A program made the position numbers and the translations under genes. Below are positions 12,804 to 25,981 of a DNA stretch of 64,000 nt, in pieces. The number at the start of each line of letters is the position of its first letter. The first letter of the stretch is position 1. Source of the DNA: Adineta vaga (lineage: Eukaryota > Animalia > Rotifera). The DNA lies in NCBI GenBank assembly GCA_021613535.1, contig CP075497.1, forward strand, positions 12,028,001-12,092,000, in the 5' to 3' direction. The notes beneath the pieces were generated by a model that saw only the letters and a list, made by a program, of their open reading frames with translations, had not been told where the DNA came from and ran no database searches.

Positions 12804-13360
12804 TGGATTGATTGATTGAAACTTTTTTTTTCATTGTTGTTGTTGTTTTCATATAATATTTTGTGAACTAATTTATATATGAAAGTTACATGTGAAAATA
12901 TATGCATCGACATGACTTTTATTCATTTGATTTAAATAAAAATGATGTTTATGTTGTGATCATTACATATTTCATTTGTTTCATTTCATAAGGAAAAGAA
13001 TCGTTTTCTATTGGTTATTTATTACCATTCACCTTTCTCATTGACCTCTTTCTATTATTTTACATATTTTTTGATAAAAATCAAGTTAACTACAGTCAAC
13101 AAACGATATTTCTTTCTCTGATATTGATATTTCTTCATAGATATTGAAATAAATAATTATTTCCATAGTTTACCAATTTACCCGATGATTTACTTCTCAT
13201 TTCACGTTGAAATAAACGAACAAACTATATTTTATTTACCTTCATTCGTTCTGTATTTTACGTTTCCTTCATCAAAATTTTGTTTTGTAGTCAACTAACG
13301 TCATTTGTACTTTGTTACATAAATTTTTTTTCAGATTTTCATCCATCATTCAAATAAACA

Positions 13361-15210
13361 ATGCCCGTTCCTCGATCGAAAAAACGTGATACAACTTTAT
13401 ATGATTTACTTGAAGTTTCACCTGATGCAACAAATGCTCAAATTGCTAAAGTAAAACTCAATACTTTTCTTCAATGATGAATTTTTCACCTTTAATTAGG
13501 CATATAAAGTTGCTGCAATGAAATATCATCCAGGTAAAAGAAAAATTTGCAAGAAATATCGATTATTTCAAGTAAAAATTCAGATCGAAATCCTGATGCT
13601 CCACCAGAAAAATTTAAAGAAATATCTGCCGCTTATGATGTTCTAAAAGATGAACATAAAAAAGAAATTTATGATCAATATGGACTTGAAGGTCTAAAAG
13701 AAGGCATGGGCGCCGGAGGCAATGGTTAGATATTTTCATATTCATAGTTTTAGATCTGTTCTTTTGATTCTGTTTAGGTGCAACTAGTTTATTTGATTTA
13801 TTTATGGGTGGAGCAAGTCGACATCATCATCATCATCAACATGGTTTACCCAAAGGAGAATCAAAAGTGATTCCATTAAAGTATACTAATTCCATGAACT
13901 AGAAGTTATCATCATTGATTTCATATCGTCTAGAGTTACATTAGAAACGTTGTATAGTGGTGAAACAAAATCAATATCATTTACACGTCGTGTTTTATGT
14001 CAACAATGTAACGGGTATGAAGTATAGAAATTTCATGCTCTTCTTTTATTTTGTCATCGATATATATATATATATTTAGATCTGGTTGTAAAACAGGTAA
14101 AAAACGGGTGCATTGTCGAGCTTGTCATGGTCAAGGTAAGATAATTTATCATTTTTCATTGTATACATTTTGTATTATTCAGGTGTTTGTATGGGAATGA
14201 CTCGTATGGGTCCATTAACATTTCAACAACCAGTTCAATGTCGAGATTGTGATGGTGAAGGTAAATATCAAGAAATCAAAATCTTTTCTGATTTAATGTT
14301 TTTGTTTTCTGAATTCTAGGAGAAATCATTGCACATAAAGATAAATGTCATGTATGTCATGGAAATAAAATCACTAATGAAAACAAAACTCTTGATGTGG
14401 TGATTTTACCAGGATGTACAAATGGAAAGAAGATTAAATTTCGTGGAGAAAATGATCAACTAGTAAGACTTATTTTTAGATTGTTTTATTTCAACGAAAA
14501 TTGTTCTTTTTTATTCCAGCCGGGTGAAGCAGGTGATGTATTTTTCCTAATTGAACAAGAGAAACATCCATTATTTGAACGTATTCATGAAAATGATCTT
14601 TTACTTAAAATGAAAATTAACTTAAATGAATCATTAACGGGTTTCAAACGAACTATTCAACATCTCGATGGAAGACATGTACTCATTGAACATCCACCAA
14701 ATCAACCAATTGCACCAAGTTTGTCTTTCTTTCTTTACAAATTCACAAAAAACAATTGTATTTATTATGAAATAGATGCAATGAAGAAAATTACAAATCA
14801 AGGTATGATTAACATGGAAACACATCATACAGGTGATTTAATAATTCAATTTGATGTGGAATTTCCACCGATGAATTTCTTCAATGATCCGAATATTCTT
14901 CAAGTAAATCAATTGATTATTATGAACTCTTATAATTCTAGCGTCTTTCTTTTAGCAATTAGAAAGTATTTTACCATCAAAACCAGTATTAAATATTCCA
15001 TCGAATACAGGTCTCGATGAATCATCAACAGCAATGATTGATTATAAAAAAGAATCTCATTCGACTAAACATCGTTCAGCAAAAAAAGTCGGTGACGATA
15101 GCAATGAAGAACAAGAAGATGATGATGAGCAATATACGGATGATGATGATGATGACGACGATGATGATCATGATGGTCATCCACAAGTTCATTCTTGTGC
15201 AACACATTAG
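13361..15210 (+). CDS. DNAJA: Type I Hsp40 (DnaJ subfamily A), copy 1, multi-exon
   Basis: J-domain YHP|DRNP; four CxxCxG motifs (CQQCNG, CRACHG, CRDCDG, CHVCHG); [12 protein letters not shown]; acidic tail and CaaX-like CATH*. Confidence 0.9.
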
Positions 15211-15353
15211 TAGCTTTTTTTCGTGTCTTTTTTGATTGAATTTTTTAATTAGACGATTTCTTTGTATTTTTCAACTAAAAAGAGCAAAGTTTATGGAAGA
15301 AATTCATGTGTTTTGTAGATCATCTGAGAAATCCATCTGCTCCGTAAACCATC

Positions 15354-17144
15354 ATGCCCGACAATAAATTATACGAATTATTGGGAGTTTCAAGAAATGC
15401 AAGTGATCAAGAAATTAAAAAAGTTAGTTTTTTCTTGAAATCTTTCGAAAAGAAAAAGAAAATTATTAAATTTCCTTTTTTAGGCATATCATAAACTTGC
15501 AAAAACACATCATCCAGATAAAAATCCCGAATCAGCAGAAAAGGTAATGATGAAAAGAGAAAATCGCCCATTAATTAGTTTCATTCGATTTTAGTTTAAA
15601 GAAATTTCATTTGCATATCAAGTATTAACAGATGAAAATAAACGACGTGTTTATGAGTATGATTTAATGAGTTTATTGAAATAGAATTGAGTTTTTTGTT
15701 GTAGTAATTATGGCTTAGAAGGACTCAAAGAAGGCGGTGGTGGTGGTGGCGGTGGAGGTTAGTATTTGTTTTTAAATTGATGAAAAATATTCAATGAATA
15801 TGGTATGTAAAATAGGTAGTATGGCAGATATTCTTGGACAATTCTTTGGTGGTGATTCACCTTTTGGTGGTGGTGGTGGCGGTCATCCTTTCGGAGGTTT
15901 CGGTGGTTTATTTGGACATTCCATGGGTGGTGGAGCTCGAAATCGACGACGTAAAGGTGATGATATGGCTCATCCATTAAAGTAAAGATTACCTTTTCGT
16001 TATTTCTTTATGTCATACATAATAAATGTAATTAGAGTAACACTTGAACAATTATATAAAGGTGATACACGCTCAGTTGAAATCTCTCGAAAAGTGATTT
16101 GCCAAACATGTAATGGGTAAGAGAAAGTCTTTAATTGATTGATTAATAGAAAAACTAATTATTATTTGTTCTTAGTGTTGGTGGTCGTGATGGTGCTAAG
16201 CAAACATGTACAACATGCCGTGGCCATGGTATTCAAATCGTAACACGACAAATAGGTCCAAATATGATGCAACGAATGCAACAAGTATGCAAAGATTGCA
16301 GTGGAGAAGGTGAAACTATTAATGAACGAGATCGTTGTAAAGCTTGCAACGGAAAAAAGACGATTGATCAAAAGAAAAAACTCGAAGTGGTCATATCACC
16401 TGGTTTGATTGACAAAAGATTTCATTTTCGAAAAGAATAAGAATCATTTTTTAGGTAGTAAACATGAACAACAACTTCGTTTTCCAGGTGAAAGTGATCA
16501 AACACCAAATATGGAACCAGGAGATGTTATTGTTGTTTTACAACAAGAACCACATGCCGTTTTTCAACGTAGTGGAGATAATCTCGTTATAAAACATAAA
16601 ATCAATTTAGTCGAATCTTTGTGCGGTTTTCGACTTGTTATTACGCATTTAGATGGAAGAAAAATTGTTTTAAAACATCCACCTAATGATCCAATTGCAC
16701 CGGGTAAAATTTTTATATGAAAAAGAAAATCGATTCGAAGAATTGTTCTCTTTTTAGAAACATATCGATGTGTTAAAGGGCAAGGAATGATCAATATGCG
16801 AACTCATGATGCAGGAGATCTCATTGTTCAATTTGAAGTTGAATTTCCTTCAGAAAAATCTGGACTTGAATCTCAGGCATTTAAGGTAACATCGAACAAT
16901 AGAGTTTTCATTGATCTAATCTTAATATTGTACATTTTTTTAGGAACTCGAAGCACTTTTACCAAAACGTCCACATGTTGATGTTCCAAAAGGTGAACAT
17001 GTTGAAGATGCTCATATGATCGATTTTCATACAACAAAATCCGCACACAATGATCGACATGGCAATCGTCGAGAAGCATACAATACGGGAGATTCTGACG
17101 ATGAAGGTGGTCATCCAGGTGTTCAGACATGTAGATCTCAATAA
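15354..17144 (+). CDS. DNAJA: Type I Hsp40 (DnaJ subfamily A, DNAJA1/2-like), copy 2, multi-exon
   Basis: MPDNKLYELLGV, HHPDKNP, G/F-rich linker, RRRKGDDMAHPLK, four CxxCxG motifs, PGDVIVVLQQ, C-terminal CRSQ*. Confidence 0.93.
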
Positions 17145-17488
17145 GAAGAAAAACAAATTTCCAAAAGAACGATTCCTTTTTTGCTTTTCGTTTTTTGATA
17201 TTTCAAATAAATCCTCAACAATCTAACAGAAAAAAAAACCCGTAAATCGATCTTAACAAAAAAGTTTTTTTTTGTTTCTTTTCTCCACTGCGTATCTTGT
17301 ACGTCTATTCTCATGCTTGGACTTTTTTCGAATAAACAAATCCGAAGATGAAATTTTTTTCTTTTGACGAGAACGACGACTCACGGGACAGCGAGAGAGA
17401 GAGAGAGAGAGAAAAAAAGAGATAAGAAACAAGTGAAGGTGGGTATGAGTACTTTTGTTTGTCTTTATTTTTTTTGCAGATCTACGAC

Positions 17489-20400
17489 ATGATGAGTGAC
17501 GATGATGATATGGATTCTACATCAACCAATCAAAGGTTTTAGATTATTTAAAAACAAACTAACGTAGTTATTTGATATATTTCTCTTTTTAAAAACTAGT
17601 TCAAGAAATTTAGCTTCACTTTTTCATGGCAGTGAAACAGGACCAACAGTAATCGCATCGACCGCTGCATACGTTCCACCTAAACAACCTAAAAAAGGTA
17701 CGTCGTAAATAAATGAAAAAATCACGTGTTTTAATTGTTTTTCACTCGATTATCAACAGATTCATCACCAAAAGTCATGATGGCAAGTGTTATCCAAGCA
17801 TTTGTATTGTAAATATATAATTCTCAATTCAATTTCTATCATTCAATGTCAAATTTCTATCTAGTGCTGATCAAAAATGGACACCACGAGGGAAAATGGG
17901 TGTTGCAATCTTATCAACTGATAATACTGTATTTCAGTTGATTTTATATGTTACTAAAACACAACCAGTAACATCCGCTCGTATAACGACGACAACTGTT
18001 TTTACAGTAAAAATGTTTTTTTCTCGCGAAAACTCTTTTTTAATCAAATATTGATTTAGTCTCAACCGAATAATTATTTATCATTTCAAGATGATGGTGG
18101 ACAAAATTGGTCGATCATGTTTGACAATAAACAAGCGCTTGTGGATTTTACTTTACAAGTTATTTCCACGATATTTGTCTTTCGCAATGCTTCTTTTTCT
18201 TTTGTCTATTTAGACTCTTGTAGCAAAAGCTTATCTATTCGCATTTAAATTTGATCATATTATTCAAGAAATTCGTGACGGTGAAGGTGCCGTTTTAGTC
18301 GATGGTGATGGTGCTGAAACAACAGTTATTCAATATAAATTACTTGAAAATGGAACGTTATCATCGGCTGATGTAAGGAGAATCTTGCTTTTTTTTATCG
18401 AAAGAAAAGTTACTTTTTATTGTTTTTAGACCGGAGATAATAAACCAATGAAGTTTAAGATTGGTAAACAACAAAATGGCAAAGTAAATTGCCTAGAAAA
18501 TGTGTAAATTATTCAACAGGAAAGGATATTTTAGGCATTTGATGATTGTCTTCGTGGAATGAAAAAGAATGGACAACGTTTAGCCATGATTGGGACAACA
18601 CTTTATAATATAGAAGTTATTCGGGTAAGTTAAATTTCTTTGGAGAAGAAAGATTCATTTGTTGTTGTTTTTTTGGATTAGATTAAACGAGAAAAAGAAG
18701 CACGTACTAATTCAATAACAACACCCGCTGAAGATCATCCGATAGTTGCTGAACGAAAACGAACAATTACAGAAGATAATGAGGTAAATCAGAAGATAGG
18801 TTTTATGAATTAAATTGAAATGAAAATTTTATTTGAAGAAAAATAAATTATTAGAACGAGTTAGTAAAATGGGTGGAGTTTCAATGTTTCCAAATCCAAA
18901 TCAATCAAGTGCTTTTGCTACTCCTCTTCCACCGCATGTATCAGCGTTAAGTGATGACGATTCAATTAATAATGAATTTATACAACATGCTGCACCAGCA
19001 CCACCATCAATATCCGTAAGATAAATCTTTCATTCCATTGATTTCTTTATCAATATCTCTCATTAAAGATGCAAACACCAGTACCGCCAGTTCAATTTGT
19101 TCCACCAACATATCATCATATGAATCATCCTCCACATCCATCCTTGATTCAACCAACGAATTTATATTCACCACAACAAACATTACATGATTACAATAGT
19201 CGACCAGGTGAATAATTTCAATAACGAAAGACAATAACTGTTATCTCGTCTCTTCATAGGATCATCAATGGGAATGGGTGGAATGCCTTATCAACAACAA
19301 CCAATGTGGCATCCTTCACAATATTCTCAGAACTCATCCAACGGTAAAGAGTAGAAATGACTTTGCCAAACATAATCTATGAAAAATGGTTCATCTATAT
19401 CTATATAGTTCTACCACCAACAGATATGTACTATCAATATCAACAACAACAACAACATATGCCGAATGAATTCCGTCAATTACTTACTCGAATAAACGAA
19501 AAAGTTGATGTTCTCAACGACAAAGTATGTTTTTTACTCTTGATAATCAATCATTTACATTTGAACTAATTTAGTTTGATACAAAAAACTCCACATCTTA
19601 TCCCAATATGGAAACAAGTGTTGTTCTTGCCAATATTCAACGTCTTGTCAAAGTATAAGTGATTTTTTCTCTCGATTTCAACAAATCTTCTTCTTCTTCT
19701 TAGGAAAATGATACAATGAAAAAAGATATATTCGATCGAAGTGCCAAAGTTGAAGAACTTAATCTTAAAATATCGGACTTACTTGATCGAAATCAAAAGT
19801 AATCTTACTTTTCTTTGATCTTTTCATTTCAATAAAATTTCTTCATTAAAGATTAATTGAACAAAGTCATCAAACTGCTGAACAACGAAATGTCGTTGTT
19901 AATAATGTTTCGGAACAAACTGCACAAAAAATTCTTGATTTAGAAAAACAAAAAGTTGAATTAACGAATAGTTTAAGTGTAGCAACAAGTAAAATTGCTG
20001 ATTTACAATTACAACTGAATCAGTACAATCAAGGTGTAAATGAAAATCAATCGAAACTTAATTCGTTATTACATCGATGTGAGCAATACAAAGATGATTT
20101 AGAAAAATCAGAAAATCAACGTTCAGAAATTCAAACAAAATTAGATTCAACACAAGAGCACTTAAAAAATGAAAAAACAACGAAAAAACAATTACAAACT
20201 AATTTAAGTGCTTTGGAAGAAGAATTAGCAGAATTAAAAATGACATACGCTAATTTAGAAAAGGTAAATCTAATATTCAGTTGTCAAAAATTTCTAGAAT
20301 TACTATTCTAAATATCATTAGGTACATAATGAACGAAAATTAAAATCGGATAATGAACGTAAACGATGGCAAAATGATATGGACGAACAAAAACAATCTT

Positions 20401-22009
20401 ATGAAACAGAATTAGATGAATTACGAAATAAATTACGTAAACAACGAACAACAGATTCATTAACAAGCAATCAAGAAGTTAGTTCTGTTTCTTTAATAGA
20501 GATTTCAAAGGAAAAATATGATTTTATAATTAGATCAGCCGAATTGAGGAAGATTTAGAACGACAATGGCAAGAAAAACTTGATCGACTACAAGTACAAA
20601 ATGAACGTTTATTATCGGCGAAAGGAAAAGAATTTGACCAATTAAAACTGTTATATGATGAAAATGAAAATAAAGTATAATCACCGAGATTTTTATCTTT
20701 AATAATTAATTTCTTTTTCTATTTAGTTGCAACGAATCACTGAAGAATTAAACGAATCAAAACAACAAATCGAAGCTTATGAAGAACGAGTAAATCATTC
20801 ATTTTATTGTTTCATTACGATGAATTCGCTTTTATTTTAGTGTGAAAAATTTCAAGAACGTATTGTAACAATGAGAGAAAAAATAGTTGAACTCAATGAC
20901 GAACAACCACAATTAATCAATAATCAAGTTAAACGTGCAATTAGCATTATTTTTCAACGTTTAAAAACTCGTATTCGACCAGCAAAACAATATACTGGAG
21001 ACGAGTTTATTTCTCGTGCACTTGAAATTATTAAAAAAGCGACATTAAAGGTTTTATCAAATGATGAAGACGAAGAAGAAGAAGAAGATGATGATGAACA
21101 ATCATCATCATCAGAAGAAGAAAGTGAACATATTCAAATAACGGATCAAGTTGAACAAAATGATCAACCAACGAATGGAAATTCTGTTGATCAACAAACA
21201 TTGAATGAAGAAGTTTCATCAGTAACTAACAATCAAAATGAAGAAATTCAATCAACAGAACATGAGACAACATCAGAAAATAATCCAAAAAATGGATGGG
21301 ATACGGTTGATGATCTTCAACAAGAAACAAAAGATCAATCGGAAACAATGGAACAAAGTCAAACTGTTCTAGTCACAGATAATACAACATCATCAGGTAC
21401 ATAATTGAGAATAGCGAGAATAATCAACTTGATCGATTAGATAATAGTTGACCTACTCAAAGATCTTCTTTTGAGAATTCTTTGTAAGTGTATATCGTCT
21501 CAAGTGATACTTATCTGAAGAAAAGAAGAAAATGTTTCTTTATTAATCTGTAAAATAATGTTTTAGTCAATGAAACGGAAACTACATCATCGAATCCTGT
21601 TATTGAACAAAGTGAATCAATTTCTTCTTCAAAACTTGTTGAACAACAAGTAGATGATACTGATGATACTGTTGAAGAGAATGATAAAGAATCACCTCCT
21701 GAATTAGAATTACCAGAAGAAAAAGCACCGAGTGATGACGGTACAATATTTTCTTTTTCTTTTTAATATCTTCCATTTCTTTTCATTTATTAGAGAGTGA
21801 AGGTGAATTATTCCAATCTGCTCGTCCATCTGTTCAAGATGTTGTCATTCCAACTACAACGACTCAGTCATCGGCATCACCGAGAGTATGTTTTGTAATC
21901 GTTCATACATTCTTTTTTCATTGATTATGTTCATTTTTAGTATACGTTCAATGAAAACATTCCATTAATGGCAAATCCAGATGATTCAGATGATGAAATT
22001 TTTAAATAA
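17489..22009 (+). CDS. FKBP15: FKBP15/WAFL-like protein (WH1-like domain, degenerate FKBP domain, coiled coil, acidic tail), >20 exons
   Basis: NLASLF..YVPPKQPKK, PNNYLSFQDDGGQNWSIMFD, LLERVSKMGG and METSVVLANIQRLVKEND..KISDLLDRNQR each parallel conserved FKBP15 blocks; ends DDSDDEIFK*. Confidence 0.9.
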
Positions 22010-22789
22010 ATCAAATGTGTCAATCGATCTTTTTCGTTGATTCAAAATCGGTGTGACATTTCGTGAAATTATAATTCCATTCATTTATTTATTTTCTTTT
22101 TCGATATACATTAATTCATTTTGTTGTTATTCATATTTTTATTTTCAATAATTTATCTCATTGATACATATACCCATTCTACTTTTTTTTGCTATTGTTT
22201 TATATGCATTTCAACATCACAATAAAATGATACTAAAAACAGCTATGATATGCTTGTTTCCTTTCCTTTTTAGTGATATACATGTGATAAAAACGAAAGT
22301 ACGGCATCATTATCCATCTTGAGGGTGTGGTGTGGATATCTACTCTTCTTTCACACACTCATTCACCCTTTTCTTACCGATCATGGGAATCAATCATTTC
22401 TTTTCGATCATTTTGAAGTTTGACTAAATTTGTTCATGTCCACAATCAATATCTATAAGGTTCAGAGATACTCAAGCCGAGAATTTCAACCTCAAGGAGA
22501 GGCTCAGGAGTCTAAAAAAATGTCTGTGACAGAAATGCTTTGGAAATCAACAGAAAATCATTGGAAGTTTCCGATAATTTCCGGACTTCTCAGATTATAA
22601 ATAGTTGAAGTCGAAGTTCATATAGAATTTTATTTTATTAATGATATATAACAGTTAGATATACATTTCTTGAAAGAACATCATACGCGTCTGATACAAT
22701 AGAAAATTCCTAGATGTTTGCTCTTTGTGTACAACTTTCGAGCTATCTTAATTACGTAAGACTAAAACAATCACCATTTATCGAGACGA

Positions 22790-24517
22790 TTATGACGTGT
22801 ATCGATCATCAGTAATCTTGATACGTTTCTGGTTGGATTTACATTCAGATAATTCCTTATCATTTTTATCTAGTTCTACTCGAATAGATTTACACTCTTC
22901 ATTGATCGAAAATATTTTCCGCTTTTGTTTCAGCCATTTAGTTATGTCCAAGATTGAAGTTAAACAACGATGCTCATATTCAAATGTCACAATAGATACA
23001 CCTTTGATACATGTAAATACTAGTTTTATCCAATGTAGTTGTTTCAGTCTTATATGTAAGTGATCTACTCGATAAGAAATCGCAGAACAAATATTCTCTA
23101 ATTGACCTATGAAATCATTAGAACTCCATAGACCCAGTGTACGAAGGTTAAGTGCTTGTTCAAATAATATGTTGATTGTTTTCGGCTGAAGAAGACATTT
23201 ATCATGTTGAAATAACCACATTTCATTTAATTGCGAGAGATCAATAAGCGAGGATAGATTTGTAAGACTATCAGCCGATAGTTGATCGTGAATATCTAAT
23301 ACAAGTTGACTGACATGACGAAAAAGATTCGGATCAGGTAGTTCGATGCGCCAGGGATCACATCGTGCAATCCATGAATTGTCGATTTTTGCAGAATAAT
23401 GCTCTCGTGTTGTTATCATACACGAATAGGATGTATCTCTATGATAGAAATTATCTGGGAAAGTTTCGTTTGATTGTATTTTAGAGCACAAAATGATCTT
23501 TGGTTTAGAATTGATTTCCATATATTTACCCATAATAAACCATTGTTTTTCCTCTATCCAAAAAGGTGTACGAAATAGAGATAATAGTGATTCAATATTT
23601 GCATACTTACATCTATCGTCACAACTATAAATGTAAAAGTGAAATATTTTCAATCGTAATAGGTTTCTACGAAGAAAATGTTCCCATTGACAAAATTGTT
23701 GTAAGCAACTGAATGAATAAGATGATCGCATTTGAAGTTTAAGATAGGTAAGAGATGTAAAAAGAGTTAACAATGCTTCAAGGTTATCGATAGACATTTC
23801 AATGCCACTGAATGATAGCGATGTCAACCGGCTGTAGACAATCTGTTGAAAACGTTCTTCAGGAATAGACATTAGATATTGATGAAAGACAAGGGTTTGT
23901 AGTTTCGGTAACTGATGGCAGAGAGCATGATGTTGTTTATATGTATAATTTCGAACTTTTAATTCTTGTATTGAGCACTGATTTGGCCATGAAATCTGAT
24001 CAATTATATGATTATCAACATCCAGGGTCAGGTGGCGGAGACTTGGCATAGCAATTACTTCCGAAAGAAGATTGATAGATCGATGATTTAGATATTTTTC
24101 TTTCTTCATAATTATTGATACTGATGCCAAAGTGACTATTGTGACAAGAGGTTTTAGAATAGTCTGTAGATTATATTCATCGATGTCGCAAAGTATTAAT
24201 GAACGAAGTTGAGTTAAGCTGTACATGTGCGCAGAACACAAAAATCGTTGGGCAGTATTAGACCATAGGGACGAATTCTCCAAAGTGAGTGCAACGATGT
24301 TTTCTGGCCGTGCGACTCGAAGCATTCGCTGAATCTCTATTTTATACGACTCAGAAGTAAACTTGATTGACAACTTGTAACGATGAACAATGTCGTAGAA
24401 ACGCCTGCAGACATGACTAAATGAAAACAAAACAGTGTTGCTATCAAGTAGATCAAGAATATATTCGATGAGTTCGACGGAAAGTGTTCGAAAACTTGCA
24501 ACTGATGCTGTAGACAT
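22790..24517 (-). CDS. Intronless F-box domain protein with LRR-like repeats
   Basis: N-terminal FRTLSVELIEYILDLL..FSHVCRRFYDIV (F-box), LxxLxL repeats, FRTPFWIEEKQWF motif; first ATG at 24517. Confidence 0.85.
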   Translation of the reverse strand: MSTASVASFRTLSVELIEYILDLLDSNTVLFSFSHVCRRFYDIVHRYKLSIKFTSESYKIEIQRMLRVARPENIVALTLENSSLWSNTAQRFLCSAHMYSLTQLRSLILCDIDEYNLQTILKPLVTIVTLASVSIIMKKEKYLNHRSINLLSEVIAMPSLRHLTLDVDNHIIDQISWPNQCSIQELKVRNYTYKQHHALCHQLPKLQTLVFHQYLMSIPEERFQQIVYSRLTSLSFSGIEMSIDNLEALLTLFTSLTYLKLQMRSSYSFSCLQQFCQWEHFLRRNLLRLKIFHFYIYSCDDRCKYANIESLLSLFRTPFWIEEKQWFIMGKYMEINSKPKIILCSKIQSNETFPDNFYHRDTSYSCMITTREHYSAKIDNSWIARCDPWRIELPDPNLFRHVSQLVLDIHDQLSADSLTNLSSLIDLSQLNEMWLFQHDKCLLQPKTINILFEQALNLRTLGLWSSNDFIGQLENICSAISYRVDHLHIRLKQLHWIKLVFTCIKGVSIVTFEYEHRCLTSILDITKWLKQKRKIFSINEECKSIRVELDKNDKELSECKSNQKRIKITDDRYTS

Positions 24518-25272
24518 ATTCAACGAAAACGAATAACAAATCTATTACATTTGTACGAAGCAAATGTTAATGTATAATATTTCGTCAATCTTGCGAAAAA
24601 TGACGTGTGCTGTTGTTCTCCCTTTTTTCCTTCAGAGTTGATTGATGACTAAGGTATTTCACAATCGATTGCATAACAAAATTGAGTAAGTATACCGATC
24701 TTCCCAGATTTGATTATTATTTTTGTCCAGAAAAATGATCAGTTATGACTTATATCAAATTGAAGTTTAGTACAATAATAATTGAGAGATAATTTTACAT
24801 CTATACTGAATAGTAATATTATTGATATATTTAAACATGAAAAATGGGATGACATATTGTAATGACTAAACTATGAGCTTCTATTGAAATTGCGACGGAG
24901 AAAAGGACTCCATCGAACTAAATTTCTCTTTTTTCAATGTATTGAATTTATTAATTTGATAAAAATATTCTAATCGAAATGTTTATGAATGTATAATCTG
25001 ACTAGTGAAACAAACTTCTTCTCTTAATTCAATTGAGTTTGTAGGTGTGTACTAAAGAAATAAGTATACATTTTTATATTAAGAACAACATGACATTTTG
25101 ATTCACAATTAAATCTATGAGTTCTAATCTTTTGAAAACATTTATCTGTTCAAACGAATCTAAAAATACGTTCATAGACGTCATTCATCTGTAAGAAAAG
25201 GGAAAAATTAAATCAACACAAACTTCAAACAAAACTATTTGATGCGTAAAGAATGTTTTGAAATTTCTGAAT

Positions 25273-25903
25273 TTAGAAAAGACGTTTGCTTTTCTGATTA
25301 GCTTTAGTTAAATTATACGCATCGGTATCAACTTGTTTGTTAAGATTATTCTAAAATTGAAAAAAGAATATTCTTTGCAAAAAGAAGTTTGACATCAAAA
25401 ACACAAACTAATGTTTGTAATTGATCTTGAAGTTCATTATCAATCAATGTATTGAAATATTGTAAACGTTGTAAATTTTCGTCTAAATTTTGAAATTGAT
25501 CATTGGAATAAGCGAATTTTCGTTCTATAGGAATGAAATTTTCATTTGATTTATATTCTTCAGTTTTATCCGCAGATACAGTTCTCGATTTGTGTTTTTT
25601 AGATTTTGAAGAACAACACAAACGAATACAAAATCCTTCTTGTAATTCATCCATTTCTCGTTCAATATCTTTCAAATGTTTACTCGATTTATCCATATTC
25701 GTTTGACATCGATCTAAAATCGAATATTTCATTTATTCAAATACATAATTTGTTTTATCGTTATCGATATTAAACAAACCTATTTGTTTGGTTTGTAATG
25801 TATTGATATGATTGACTTGAGATGCAAGAATTTGTGATCGTTCGATGGTATTTTCAAGATCTTTTATTACAGAATTGAATTCATCTTTCGAAAAAGATGT
25901 CAT
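25273..25903 (-). CDS. Divergent SNAP-25/23/29-like Qbc-SNARE (3 exons)
   Basis: Two heptad coiled coils separated by a Cys cluster (FCIRLCC); second helix LDENLQRL..IDNELQDQLQTL|NNLNKQVD..LTKANQKSKRLF* follows the SNAP-25 C-terminal pattern. Confidence 0.65.
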
Positions 25904-25981
25904 AACATATCTTATCACAAAGAGAAATGACAACGAAAAAGAAGGTGTTTTGTTTTATTTCTTGAAAGTTAACTTTCGCGC

